A DNA stretch of 64,000 bases from contig NC_073401.1 in NCBI RefSeq assembly GCF_028641065.1, positions 20,398,001-20,462,000 of the forward strand. Direction: 5' to 3'. Source of the stretch: Leucoraja erinacea. Taxonomy: Eukaryota. Positions 1 to 11,859 of the stretch are shown here, piece by piece. Both the position numbers and the translations under genes were made by a program. Under the pieces are notes generated by a model. That model did no database searches, was not told the origin of the DNA, and saw only the letters and a list, made by a program, of their open reading frames with translations. How positions within the stretch are numbered: position 1 is the stretch's first letter; every line of letters starts with the position of its first letter.

Positions 1-656
1 AGGGGTGGAAGATTACAACCTTCACGTGGCCCGCCTTGTTTCGACTAATGCAATCAACTCGACGTGCACAAAGAAAAGATGAAATAGAACAAGTTCTACA
101 ACGTTAGGCTGTGCACGCCGCACGAAAGAAGAAGATGAAATCTAGAACAAGGGGCAGGATTGCAGAACAAAAGATCACTGGGGTAAAATGGTGATGAGGA
201 AGAGTTTTGTCCTCCGGGGAGTAATATATTTTTACCTCAAAGGACAGAATAAAAGTGGTTAATTTGATATTTTCAAGAGAACTAGATTTAGCTCTTAAGG
301 CTAAGGGATTCAAGGGATATGGGGAAAAGCCGGAATGGGCTACTGATTTTGGATGATCAGCCATGATCATATTGAATGGCGGTGCTGGCTCGAAGGGCTG
401 AATGGAATACTCCAGCACATGTTTTCTATGTTTCTAACTCACCGGTATTTCCCAATCGTCTCCTTCCCAACACTACCACCCACCTGCGTGCAGCTGCTGT
501 TTCCAGAGCTGGAGATCTGAGCAAACAGAAGCTGCTGGGAACACTCAACGAGTCAGGCAGCGTGTGCGGGGATGCGCTGCATTCGCTGCCACTGAAACCT
601 CGCTCACTTTGCAACAGTTTCCTGACCCCGTTAAACGGCTCGCCATTTTATCTCAC

Positions 657-830
657 CTCCAAGTCCTTGACTCTGCTTCTCTGCGCCGGGCTCGGGTCTG
701 AGCCTCCGACCTGGCCCGGAGAGACGGGGGCGAGGGAAGAGCCGGACGGTGGCAGCGGCGAAGGGTCGTCTGAGCTGCCTGTCTGTCGCCTGCGAGGGGC
801 CCCTGTCCTGCCTCACTCCGCTCTCCTCGA
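657..830 (-). other. Putative non-coding first exon of a paralog lying left of the window
   Basis: GC-rich segment ending in a consensus donor GAG|GTGAGA (GT at 656-655), directly downstream of an ISRE/GC box; the paralogous copy has GAG|GTAAGA. The 5' end is approximate. Confidence 0.55.
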
Positions 831-842
831 CCAGCAGAATGA

Positions 843-863
843 GAAACGAAAGTGAAAGGGCGG
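843..863. promoter_or_regulatory. Tandem ISRE/IRF-E plus GC box
   Basis: GAAACGAAAGTGAAA (843-857; minus strand TTTCACTTTCGTTTC) followed directly by GGGCGG (858-863). Confidence 0.7.
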
Positions 864-2090
864 AGTCGAGGTGCTTTTCTTAAAATGGTGAGATTACCTC
901 CAGCCTGACCTGATCCCATCCTCCAGCATCTGCACAAAAGCATCTGTCCATCCCCCAGATTCCCGTTCACCTCGGTCCCCATCTCTAATAATTAGCCAAT
1001 CCTGCCTAGACCCAACTCATTCCAACCCTCCTGACATCCCATACCCCTCTCTTTACTCCCACCCCCCTCTGTTGATGCCCACCCAGCTCCCTGATCACCC
1101 TGTTCCCATTCAACCCCACCCAATCCCAACCCATCCATTTCTGATGAAGATACTGACTCGTGCTTGGAACAGTCTCATCCCAACCATTTCTATCCTGTCC
1201 TCCCTCAGCTTTCCTGATCTGTTCCCTCACATCTACTCATTTTCAACCTTCCTCACCACTGTGTTTTGTAAGATATCAAACCATTTATAATGAATTAATG
1301 ACTAAATACCATCACTTAATTAATGACTAAATATGACCACGTCAGGATTTGGTCAACCAGAGAGAATGTGTGCACACCAGGCTACAGAGAGGGCCAAGTC
1401 AGGGAGGGCTCCATTTCCAGGTATTAACCGTCTTGCCAGGGGCAGAGCAATTGTGCAGGGGGGGTAGATACCTCGCTGGTGATTATAGGGTTTGAGTGTG
1501 AGTTCATGCCAGAAGAATACAATAAATGCTGGAAAAGCTCACCAGGTGAGGCTGTGTGTGTGTGTGCTACAACTCCACAGCTGTTGACATCACTTGACAC
1601 AGATTATAATCTGCCTCTGACTGCTATACTAACCCATTTGGTCTGTTCCATTCAGAAATATTGATCCCAATATTGAATTCTACAACTTCAGGAAAGTTGA
1701 TTTCTCGAGCTGTACCAGTCATCCATCTGTAACATGGGCTTAGCTTGGCTTTTATTCCTACAGAGTGGAGGACATGCACAGCCAGACCTGCTGGGCTCAC
1801 CCACCTGCTCTGCCTTTTGCAACTCTCACATTTCGTCTGCATTCATGTGTTTATGTTTACACTCTCTAACTGCTTGCATTCACATCGATGAGATCACCTT
1901 CTTCTCTCTATGTCGCCCTGTCTTTACCCTCTCCCAGACATCCCCTCTCCACACACTCCTTGCAGATTACCAAGCTTCTTTTGTCTCCTATTCAGCTCTG
2001 GTGAAGGATATTTGACCAACTATATTTTCCGTGTCCCTGACCTGTTGAGTATTTCCAGCATCATCTTGGTTTGTACTGGATATTCACTTT

Positions 2091-3775
2091 GAATGAATGA
2101 ATGAATGAATGAATGAATGAATGAATGAATATGTTTATTGTCATTGCACAATACTGTGCAACGAAATTCCATTACATCTCCTCCGGTTAAAAAAATACAA
2201 ACACGACAACCATTGACACATATGTACACTTATTAGTAAAATAATAAGTAAGTATTTAAAAAGAATTAAAAATAATTTGGCGGCATTTCTTGGAATTACA
2301 TTTTGCTTCCCCAGTGTTCTCTGTTGGAATTAAGCTCTTTTATCGCACATGGGTAGAAACTATTTTTTAGTCTACCGGTGCGAGCCTTCAGAGACCTGAA
2401 TCGCCTCCCAGAGGGTAGCAGAGTGAAAAGGTGGTTGGCAGGGTGGGATGTGTCCTGCTTGATATTTGTGGCCCAGCGCAAGCACCGGGCCCTGTATATA
2501 TCATCCAAGGAGGGCAGTTGAGCGTTTGTAATGCTCTGCAGTTTTTATAATTCCCTGCAGCGCCCTCCTCTCAGCCACAGTACCGCTAGCAAACCACACC
2601 AGGATTCCATAGGAGAGGAGACTTTCCACGGTGCATCGGTAGAAGGTCAGCAGCAGCGGCTGTGAGACGTTTGCTCTCCGCAGAGACCTCAGGAAATACA
2701 GCTGCTGATGTGACTTCTTCACAAGAGTGACGGTGTTCATTTGCCATTTGAGGTCCTGGGAGATGTTTATTCCCAGGAACTTAAAGCCAGTGACTCTCTC
2801 CACCATGTCTTCTTTGATGTATAAGGGAGCAGGTTCCTCTCTCCTCTTCCTCCTGAAGTCAACGACCAGTTCTTTTGTCTTTGATGGGTTGAGTACCAGG
2901 TTGTTTTTGGTACACCAGACAGTCAGTTTTTGGACTTCATCCCTGTAGGCAGACTCGTCGTTGTTGTTTATCAGTCCCACCAGTCACGTCGTCCGCAAAC
3001 TTGATGATCCTGTTTGTACTGTGTGTTGGTATACAGTCATAAGTGTATATTGTATACAAGATGGGACTCGGCACACAACCTTGTGGCGCTCCTGTGCTGA
3101 GCGTCAGGACTGGGGAGTAATTGGACCCCATCCTGATAGTCTGTGGGCGGTCTGTTTAAAAGTCCTTAATCCATCCGCATGTGTTTGCATTAACACCCAG
3201 ATCAGACAGTTTGTCCACCATTCTGCTGGGGATGATGGTATTAAATGCAGAACTAAAATCTACAAATAACATCCTCACATATGAGCCAGGACGCTCCAGA
3301 TGTGTCAGTGCAGAATGTAGAGCTATTTTGATGGCATCCTCCGTTGACCTATTAGCTCTATCTGCAAACTGATGCTGATCCAGGGTGGATGGGAGTGAGG
3401 ACTTAATGTGGGCCAGGACCAGTCGTTCAAATCACTTCATCACCGTTGAAGTGAGAGCAACAGGTCTATAGTCATTCAAGCTGGTAATGGATGTTTTTTT
3501 GGGTACAGGCACGATGGTAGCAGTCTTAAAAGCATTTAGGGACAGTGCACGTTGACAGAGAGAGGTTAAAGATGTCGCTAAAAACCTCCGCTAACTGGTC
3601 TGCACAGTCCCACAATACTCTCCCTGGGATGCCATCTGGGCCAGCAGCCTTCCTGGGGTTGACCCTGCGGAGTGTTCTTCTGCCATCCTCCGTATTCACA
3701 GTGAGTGCCAGGTTGTCAGTGCTGGGCGCGGCTGCAGGTGCAGGATCCGCCTCATTCAGCTCAAAACGGGCACTT
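2091..3775 (-). mobile_element. 5'-truncated, frameshifted LINE (L2/Rex1-Babar-like reverse transcriptase) with (GAAT)n tail
   Basis: RT motifs GAPQGCVPSP and IIKFADD, plus KFLGINIS and HPANHLFTLLPSGRRFRS in broken frames; (GAAT)n at 2091-2129 at the 3' end. Confidence 0.9.
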
Positions 3776-4219
3776 TGACCTATTCATTCCTCCCCCACCC
3801 CTTCCATGATGGAAAACAACCTTGTTTTCTGTCTTTCCCATTTCTGACAATGGTCTCCAGACTGAACCGTTAACTGTTTGTCTTTCCAGAGGTGTGGCCT
3901 GACCTGCAGGTTTTACTTCAGATTTTCAGAATCTGCAGGATTTTTTAATTTCACTGCTTGAAGAATAAGAATAGTCTCTGATATAAACCGGTGCCTCTGT
4001 AACTGTTCTCAGTCAGGACCTTCATCAGTCCGAAGAAAGAATTCCATTTGACTTCTGTAGATCTAATGATCGGCCACGATACGACCCATTACCACTGTCA
4101 AGGACACCACAGTGCCTCCCAGATATATTTTTGTCCGGAATACCACTAACCTATTTCTCTCATATACTGTTCTTGTCTTGGAGCATAGTCAGTGATCAAG
4201 TCATGATTGTAAAATATTA

Positions 4220-4225
4220 TTTATT
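4220..4225 (-). terminator. Candidate polyadenylation signal of the Plex9-like gene
   Basis: AATAAA on the minus strand about 500 nt after the stop codon at 4726. Confidence 0.4.
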
Positions 4226-4725
4226 TAAGATCCACAGTTACATTTTCATTTCATATAGATAGAAAATACATTATTACGAATAACACGAGAGACTGCAGGT
4301 GCTGGAATCTTGAGCAGAAAACTGCGGGAGGAACTCAGCTGTCAAGCAGCATCTGTGGTGGGAACGTGATTCTGCCTGACCCACTGAGTTTCTCCAGCAG
4401 CTTGTTATTGTGCTTTAAGGGTAATTAGGTAAAAAATAGCTGCAGAGGGCAATTCAGCTAGAAGGAAGTGGATCGTGCACATTGAGAGGAATACACAGTC
4501 TCTGTTACTGAGTTATACCAATCAACTTCAAAGGTTCAATACAACTGCATAGTATACAATACAACTAAAGTAAATAGCACATCCTTTTAGCAAAACGGCA
4601 AAAAAAAAGGCTGATTTAGGCACTCGATCGTGAAAAAGGAATTATCCTGGTGAAATCATCAAAAAAGGCATTAAAAGCGCATGGCATTTATGGCAAAACC
4701 CTGGCTCTAGTTATAACAATCAACT

Positions 4726-7700
4726 TCAAAGGTTCAATACATCTGCGCTCTTCACAGGCTTAAAAAATATCGAGAGCCTCGTGCAACTGCGTTCCATGTG
4801 ACCCAGAGACCGGAATAAGTTCTTCAGCCCTTCCTCCCCATCTTGTTGATGCGTTGATTGCAGCTTCTCGAAGCTTACTCCTTGCATTGCAAGTTTATCA
4901 GCTAACTGAGAGAAAATTATTTTTTCTTTGAGTAAGGGCCGCAAAGACACTTGGCATTCAAGCTGGGAGATTGAAAACTGACTGCTCTTCTTTTGTTCTG
5001 GAGTAAATTCTAGGACAGAATACAGCTCCTGCAAACTTTTTGCATCTTCCACAGCATTGTGAGCGTTATAACCTTTCTTAAGAAACACTTTCACTAATTC
5101 AATTTGCGTATAACTATTGACCTCTGATCTGGGAACAACAACTTTAGCGAGCAAGAGAGTATCTAAGAATCCAGTTATACAACTGTCAAACTGATCTTTC
5201 ATGGAGAGCTCTTGCAGACCTCGTAAAAGTATAGGAGCATCAAACTTCCAGATGTTATGCCCTATTATCAGAGGTGAGGACAGAGACTGCAGGAAGTGGA
5301 GGAAAGCTTCCACGGTGTCCTGAAGGCTGCTGGCCTGCTGAGGTTCCCCTCGAAGGTATAGGACCCCGTCCAAGACTTGAAATCCATTAGTGGCAAACGC
5401 ACCTGCCGAGATGGTCTTACTAGGCAAGATGTACTTGTTAAAGATCTTCTCGCCACTCACTGCCGACAACTGCACAATGTCACAATCGTTTTCTGGAAGA
5501 TATAATGATAAAGCACAACATTTCTTTCAGGGAAATTGATGGTGTAGCAACAGTGAAGAGCTAGAACAACTGAGAAAGTGAACCAAGGATTAACTGATGG
5601 AATTTAACTGTGACAAGTGCAGTTGACACATGACTGTGGCACTTTGGCAAGATAAACTGGAACAGGGCACTGGGGATTATTATAGAACAGAGAGGCAAGA
5701 GGATTGCGGTAGACATGGTGAAGAAGGCTTTCATCGAGCGGGAACTGAGTATAAAAGTTGGGACTTGATGCTACAACTGTACAAACATTGGTTAGAGCAC
5801 ACTTGAAGTATTATGTAAAACACAACGTGCTGGAATAACTCAGTGGATCAGACTTCATTTGTGCATGGAATCGATAGGAGACTTTGTGGGTCGGGACCCT
5901 TTTTCCAACTAGTTGTAGTGGGGAGGAGAGAGGAAAGACACATAGAAAAGAGGTGATGGTGTTAATGTTCGTTTTACTTCAAACAGACAAAAACACAATA
6001 AAGTTAGTAATAAAGCAGTAAGATCTTTATTTCGTCCAGGCGGGTGTGACAGTCAACTCACCCAGTATGTAAAATACAAACTTTAGTCACTCTATCCCCA
6101 TAAATAGAGATAATGTTCAATCAGATATATCTATACCCCAATAATCAGCAATTCAACAATTCTTTATCTTACAGAGCATAGTACAGTCTCCTGCCTGTTA
6201 AAATCAGAGGATTGATAGATTCTTCCAATAGAGGAAAGGTTAGCCCATATATGGTTCTGCTGAAGAAGCTTTTTTTTGCAGATTCAAGCACTTGGTTTTT
6301 GACCTTGTTGACGTACATTACAATCTTGTAGAGTAAAGGGTGGGAACGAATTGGCTGAACATTTTTCTGATTGTTTATATCATAGAGAAAGACTTTCATG
6401 TTATTGTGCTGTTATCTCGCTAGTGTTATAGAAGAAAGGCGAAAACATTCATATTTTGGGCTGTACTCTTAGTGTTAAAAGGAGGAAGGTTAAGCATCCA
6501 TTTTATTGCTTCTAAATCTACAGCTGAATCCATTTTGTAACTTCTAAATCTTTAAACTCTTTCAATGGCAGATGATGTTGCTACAGGTGAGGGGGGTTTG
6601 TTGGCACACAGGCGTGGAGTAAGAGGCAATAGTTGGAGATGAATAGGAAACAAAAGAGGAGAGTGAAATGTAAAGCCAGAGTGAGGGATATGGGGGAATA
6701 GGGGCAGGATATGCGCACCTGGGTGGGGAGGGGTGGGAGCCGAGGAAAGAGAGAATGGGAATGGAGGATATTACTTATTACAAGGAGAGACAGGATGGGC
6801 TGGGCCTTTTTTCGCTGGATCATCAGATGGTGAGGGACGGTTAGGCAGGCTAGGACTTCATTCGTTGGAACGCAGGAGGATGAGGAGTGATCTTATCGAG
6901 ATGTACAAAATCATAAGAGATTGTGTATCTGTGGGAGTGCAGTGCAGACTGACTGGTGGATAGAATCCATTGGAAGGTAGTGTGGGATAGGAGAGAGACA
7001 TGGAGAGAGTAGCATAGAAGAGGAACAAGGATAGACTGTACAGAAGTGAGAAACAGAGAATCTGGAAGTAGACTGTACCCTGACTAATAAACAGAAAGAT
7101 TGGGCAGGGAGTGAGATAAAGTTAGAGTGGCCTGCAGTGAGATATAATGGAGTGGCTGGGAGAGGGATATGATAGTTTGTTTGGGAGTAAGATATGATGG
7201 TGCGGCAGAGGAGTAGGATATGAAGGAGTGGCCGTGAGTAAGATGTGACTGGAAAAAAATGAAGTAGAGATTGGTTGGGATCTGGAATTCACCTAGTTAG
7301 TGCAACTGAAACCAGTCTCTTCGGTGAGAGGAGAGAGACGAGAGAGAGAGAGAGCAAGACTTCGGGGAAAAAGTAGGAGAATCAGGTGGACAAACTGATC
7401 TACGGAGGGCCAGCAACGAATGGATGGGATGAATGGCCTCCTATGCTGTAACAATCCCTGGGCTCTCAGCACCTATGGTTCATGCAGCAGAGGAGGTCTT
7501 GTGCAATCTGTTACCTAGGCCTGTGGTTTCCAAGTCAAAGAACACCAGGGTCTCCTCTGTGGTCTGCTGAGGGCCATCCTGTCCACCACTGGGCATCTCA
7601 GCTCCAGACTCCCTCTGCATTGCATCTTCACCTCCATCTTCTCTAACCTGTGGGAACAGGATTCACGCATCAAACCAACTTTGGTCATGTTAATAAATAA

Positions 7701-7782
7701 CTCTATAAATGGTGGTTAGATGCACAGAACTTGTCTCCCAGTCTGGAACCTTTGTACAGATGCTTACCTGAGGAGATGCCAT
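4726..7782 (-). CDS. Plex9-like (PML exon-9-like) DEDDh 3'-5' exonuclease, ~304 aa; coding exons 7782-7768, 7647-7515, 5492-4726
   Basis: Canonical GT-AG joins in phase give MASPQ|VREDGG...TLVFFDLETTGL|ENDCDIVQLSAVSGEKIF. ExoI D-L-E, ExoII IIGHNIWKFD and ExoIII HNAVED are all intact. The ATG at 7782 has a good Kozak context (GAGATGG). Confidence 0.88.
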
Positions 7783-8492
7783 CTCACTCGCAGTTGCTTT
7801 GCTGAATCTTACTGCAGGACCTGAAATTACAAAGCTCATGCTCAGAGATGACTCAGTATCCCTTTCACATTCTTCTCACTTCACCCCTTATCCCTGAAAA
7901 CCGCTCTACGATGCTGGTCTAACTCGGGAATGCTGGAATGACCCAGTCAACAGCACTGTGGGGCATTCCTAGACTCGTTTCCCCTACACTGAGCAAGAGA
8001 CTCCGTCCCATTCAGATTACCAGTTACAACCATTTCTTAAACCTCCTCCTGACCGGACGCTAGCCCGAATTGCAAGGGATGAGTGGGAAGGGGCACAACA
8101 GACACGGGACATCCCGTCATCGTGATCTGGATTCAGGGTTTAGTGTTCGCACTGACCGAGTGCCTTAACGAGGGATCATCGGCTCAGAAGAGATCGAAGA
8201 GCAATTTCTTCACCCAGAGCGATTTAAATCCATGAGGTTGTGGAGTATCAGTCGCTGAGAGAGGTGGATCGATTTGTAGATGTTACCAGTGATCAGTTAC
8301 CATTGGCCTCACGTCGTCGGGACCCCGTCCTTCACATCACCCTGTGCTCCGGGCAAACTACAACCCAGTTCCCATCCGGAGCGCAGTGAACGGGAGCCCA
8401 ACACAAAACGTGTGGTTCCCCGCAGCTTGTTTCACCCTGCCTGCACCGACCTTCCCCCATGCACCCACCGCCCCCCACAATTGAGCACTTAC

Positions 8493-8595
8493 CCTGTCGC
8501 ACTCCCTGAGCCTGTGCCCAGCGCGGATCACCGGCCGCTTGTTTATCAGCCGCCGCCGAGACTACGCCCGCTGACTCACTCGGGTTCCCTGTCAT
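8493..8595 (-). CDS. Candidate alternative first coding exon of the Plex9-like gene (MTGNPSESAGVVSAAADKQAAGDPRWAQAQGVRQ)
   Basis: Lies in a CpG-rich patch and ends in a perfect donor CAGG|GTAAGT (phase 1), matching the phase-1 acceptor at 7820; the frame stays open into MASPQ. Confidence 0.5.
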
Positions 8596-9080
8596 TCGCA
8601 CAACAGCAGGGACATGTCCGGGCAGCTCTGGGCGGAGGGGAAGGCGTTTGAAGGGAGGGACGGGACGGATCAGATAATCTTTGGACGGGACGGTTTCCTC
8701 AGTATGAAATCTAGAACAAGGGGCAGGATTGCAGAATAAAACATCACTGGGGTAAAATGGAGATGAGGAATAGTTTTTGTCATCAGGGGAGTAATACATT
8801 TTTACCTCAAAGGACAGAATAAAAGTGGTTAATTTGATATTTTCACGAGAATTAGATTGAGCTCTTAAGGCTGCGGGAATAAAGGGATATGGGGAAAAAG
8901 CCGGAACGGGGTACTGATTTTGGATGATTAGCCATGATCATATTGAATGCTGGCTCGAAGGGCCGAATGGTCTACTCCTGCACCTATTTTCCATGTTTCT
9001 AGCTCACTGGTAATTGCCGATAGTCTCCTTCCCAACACTACCACCCACCTGCGTGCAGCGGCTGTTTCCAGAGTTGGAAA

Positions 9081-10160
9081 TCTTCTTCTTCTGTTGTATG
9101 TCTTTTAGACCTGCAGCTCCATTGAGGCGAGCCAGGCCAACGTGTCATCGTCCAGGTCAATCAGACCTCCTTCACCATTCGGTGGCCGGTGTTTGGGGCA
9201 ATTGGGGCAACATATGCTCCACTGTCTGTGTTGGGTCCCCACACTCGCAGGAGGCGCTGTCCACGAGGCCCCACCTCTTCATCGGTGCTCCGTAGCGTCC
9301 GACGCCTGTCCTCACGCGGTTGTCCACTGCTTTCGGAGCAGGTCCTGGCCAGGGACGTCCATGGGGTCATTGATGTAATAGTGTGGCCTAGATGATTCCG
9401 CTGACTTCCACTGGTCTCTCCATCTCGTCTTAACCCAGGCGGCCTTAGAAGCGTCAGCCGGTGTTGTGCAGAGCAGCTCTTGGGCTTGCGTGGCAAAGGG
9501 GTGCCGTGACTTGAGGCGCACTCGTCGTGGTGTCTCTGTGACGATCTGATGGAGGAGGTGGGATTCACTGGTCTGCGTCTTTCGACAGAGGGCCAGCGTG
9601 GCTGCTTCTCGTCTGATGTTGGCTGGGGCGATGTCAGCGAGGACAGGCAGTTGATTTACTGGGGTGGCTCGTATGCATCCGGAGACAGTCCACAGGGCGC
9701 TGTTGAGGGCAGCATCCAGCTTCTTGGTGTGAGGGCTACGGCACCAGACCGGGGCACAGTGCTCGGCGGCTGAGAACACCAGGCCCACTGTGGACAAGCA
9801 CAGGCGCTTGTCTTTGCCTTGGCACCTTCCAGGTGTCGTTTGAATGCCAATGTTCTGTCGAGCTTCACATCGAGGTACGTGGGGACGGGCTGGCACTGTA
9901 ACCGAGCATTATCCACCATGACGTTCATCTCGCGGGTCGCTTCCCTGTTGTTGAGGTGGAACATTGAAGATGTTGTCTTACCCATGCTGAGCTTGAGGCG
10001 CCAGTTCCCCAGGTATGAAGACAGGATGTTCATGTCTTCAAAGAGGCCCTCTTCTCTTCCTCCCAGGATGGCTTACTGAGTATGTGGGACGCCATTCTTA
10101 AGTTTCCTCACCCTGCTGCATTGCCCGTTGCTGGTGTGTAGCCTGAAGCTGCGGTTGCTC
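9081..10160 (-). mobile_element. Truncated non-LTR retrotransposon (I/Ingi or RTE-X-like RT C-terminus) inserted into duplication copy 2
   Basis: Peptides YLGNWRLKLSMGKT, PTYLDVKLDRTLAFKRHL and FSAAEHCAPVW; (AGA)n tail at 9081-9091; degenerate TSD agttggaaatct / agctgggaatat; absent from copy 1. Confidence 0.82.
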
Positions 10161-10291
10161 AGCTGGGAATATGAGCAAACAGAAGCTGCTGGGAACACTT
10201 AACGGGTCTGGCAGCGTCTGCGGGGATGCGCTGCAGTCGCTGCCACTGAAACCTTGCCCACTTTGCAAGTTTCCTGGCCCCGATATCTTAC

Positions 10292-10460
10292 CTCCAAGTC
10301 CTTGACTCTGCTTCTCTGCGCCAGGCTTGGGTCTGAGCCTCCGACCTGGCCCGGAGAGACGAGGGCGAGGAAAGAGCCGGTGGCAGCGGCAAAGGGTCGG
10401 CTGAGCTGCCTGTCTGTCGCCTGCGAGGGGGCCCTGTCCTGCCTCACTCCGCTGCTGCCG
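10292..10460 (-). other. Putative non-coding first exon of the Plex9-like gene
   Basis: No ATG; ends in donor GAG|GTAAGA (GT at 10291-10290); immediately downstream of the ISRE at 10481-10495. The 5' end is approximate. Confidence 0.55.
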
Positions 10461-10480
10461 AGACCCGACCAGCAGAATGA

Positions 10481-10495
10481 GAAACGAAAGTGAAA
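10481..10495. promoter_or_regulatory. Tandem ISRE/IRF-E
   Basis: GAAACGAAAGTGAAA, identical to 843-857. Confidence 0.7.
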
Positions 10496-11859
10496 GGGCA
10501 GAGTCGGGGTGCTGTTCTTAAAATTGTGAGATTACCACCAGCCTGACCTGACCCCACCCTCCAGCATCTGCACAAAAGCATCTGTCCATCCCCCAGATTC
10601 CCATCTCCCCATCTCTAATAATTAGCCAATCCTGCCTAGACCCAACTCATTCCAACCCCCCTGACATCCCATACCCATCTCTTTACTCCCACCCCCTCCA
10701 CTGCACCCTGTGTTGGTGCCCACCCAGCTCCCTTATCACCCTGTTCCCATTCAGCCCCCCCAATCCCATCCCATCCATCTCTGATGGAGATACTGACTCA
10801 TGCTAGGAACAGTCTCATCCCAACCATTTCCATCCTGTCCTCCCTCAGCTTTCCTGATCTGTTCCCTCACATCTACTCATTTTCAACCTTTCTCACTACC
10901 GTGTTTTGTAAGCTATCAAACCATTTATAATTAATTAATGACTAAATACCATCACGTCAGAATTTGGTCAACCAGAGAGAATGTGTGCACACCAGGCTAC
11001 AGAGAGGGCCAAGTCAGGGAGGGCTCCATTTCCAGGCTAAACCGTATAAACCGTACACACAAAATGGGGTAGTATTTCAGTCTGAAGATGGGTCTCTACT
11101 AGAAACATCACCCATTCCTTCTCTGCTGAGACTAGCGGAGTGAGTCCGTCCGGGAATGTGGCCCGCTGCAGACTGCTGGAGTACGTGCTCAGGGACGCAC
11201 TGAAGCTTGGTGCCGCCAACGCTAAGGTTCTGTGGGAAGGACCACAGTCTAAGGTCCTTCCGCTGCTGGACGAGGGAGGCAGAGTGTGGTAGAGATGCCC
11301 CTCAAAAATAAGGGAAGGGATTCCACGCCAGTGGATCACATGAGTGACGGTCCTGTATTGTATATATTTATTACGTGAATAAAGTCTATTTTGATATTTA
11401 AATAAAATTCTCGCCAGAGATGCTGCCTGGTCCACTGAGTACTCTAGCATTTTGTGTCTATCTACAGGAAAGTTGTGAGCCAAGCAGAGCAACCTCTCGG
11501 TCGCCTTCTCTAAACTGTGCAGAGCCTCAGAGGTCGGGATCCCGTCCCCGTGATTCAGACTCGGTCATCCTCCGGGAATCTGGGGACTCCAATTGATCAC
11601 CGACCTCGATATCCGGGATCGGGAGATAAAATGACCAACGATATAAGAATGTTTTTCTCAGATAACCAAACATCTCAAAGCTCATCATTAGAGGGCTACA
11701 GACAAAATAATTAGCTAGAAGCCCTAGAAAGACACAGTTCAGTTTAGTTTATTGTCACGTGTACCGAGGTACAGTGAAAAGCCTTTGATGCATGCTATCC
11801 AGTCAGCGGAAAGACAATACATGATTACAATCGAGATATATTGAGGGCAAATAACAAAT

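Larger units (their letters stand above)
135..1421. repeat. Segmental duplication copy 1 (promoter and non-coding first exon block); copy 2 at ~8705-11035
   Basis: 135-515 aligns by eye with 8705-9080, and 517-1421 aligns with 10173-11035, sharing long near-identical strings (e.g. ctccaagtccttgactctgcttctctgcgcc; gaccagcagaatgagaaacgaaagtgaaaggg). Confidence 0.92.
8705..11035. repeat. Segmental duplication copy 2, interrupted by a retrotransposon at 9081-10160
   Basis: Matches 135-1421 (see copy 1). Confidence 0.92.

Noticed and set aside
376-982. ORFs over the duplicated block (also 10199-10493)
   Set aside because: Frames are not preserved between the two copies, consistent with a non-coding promoter/UTR exon.
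4519-4741. ~24-nt direct repeat (caatcaacttcaaaggttcaatac) covering the exonuclease stop codon and recurring in the 3' UTR
   Set aside because: Most simply a small local duplication; no functional inference is supported.
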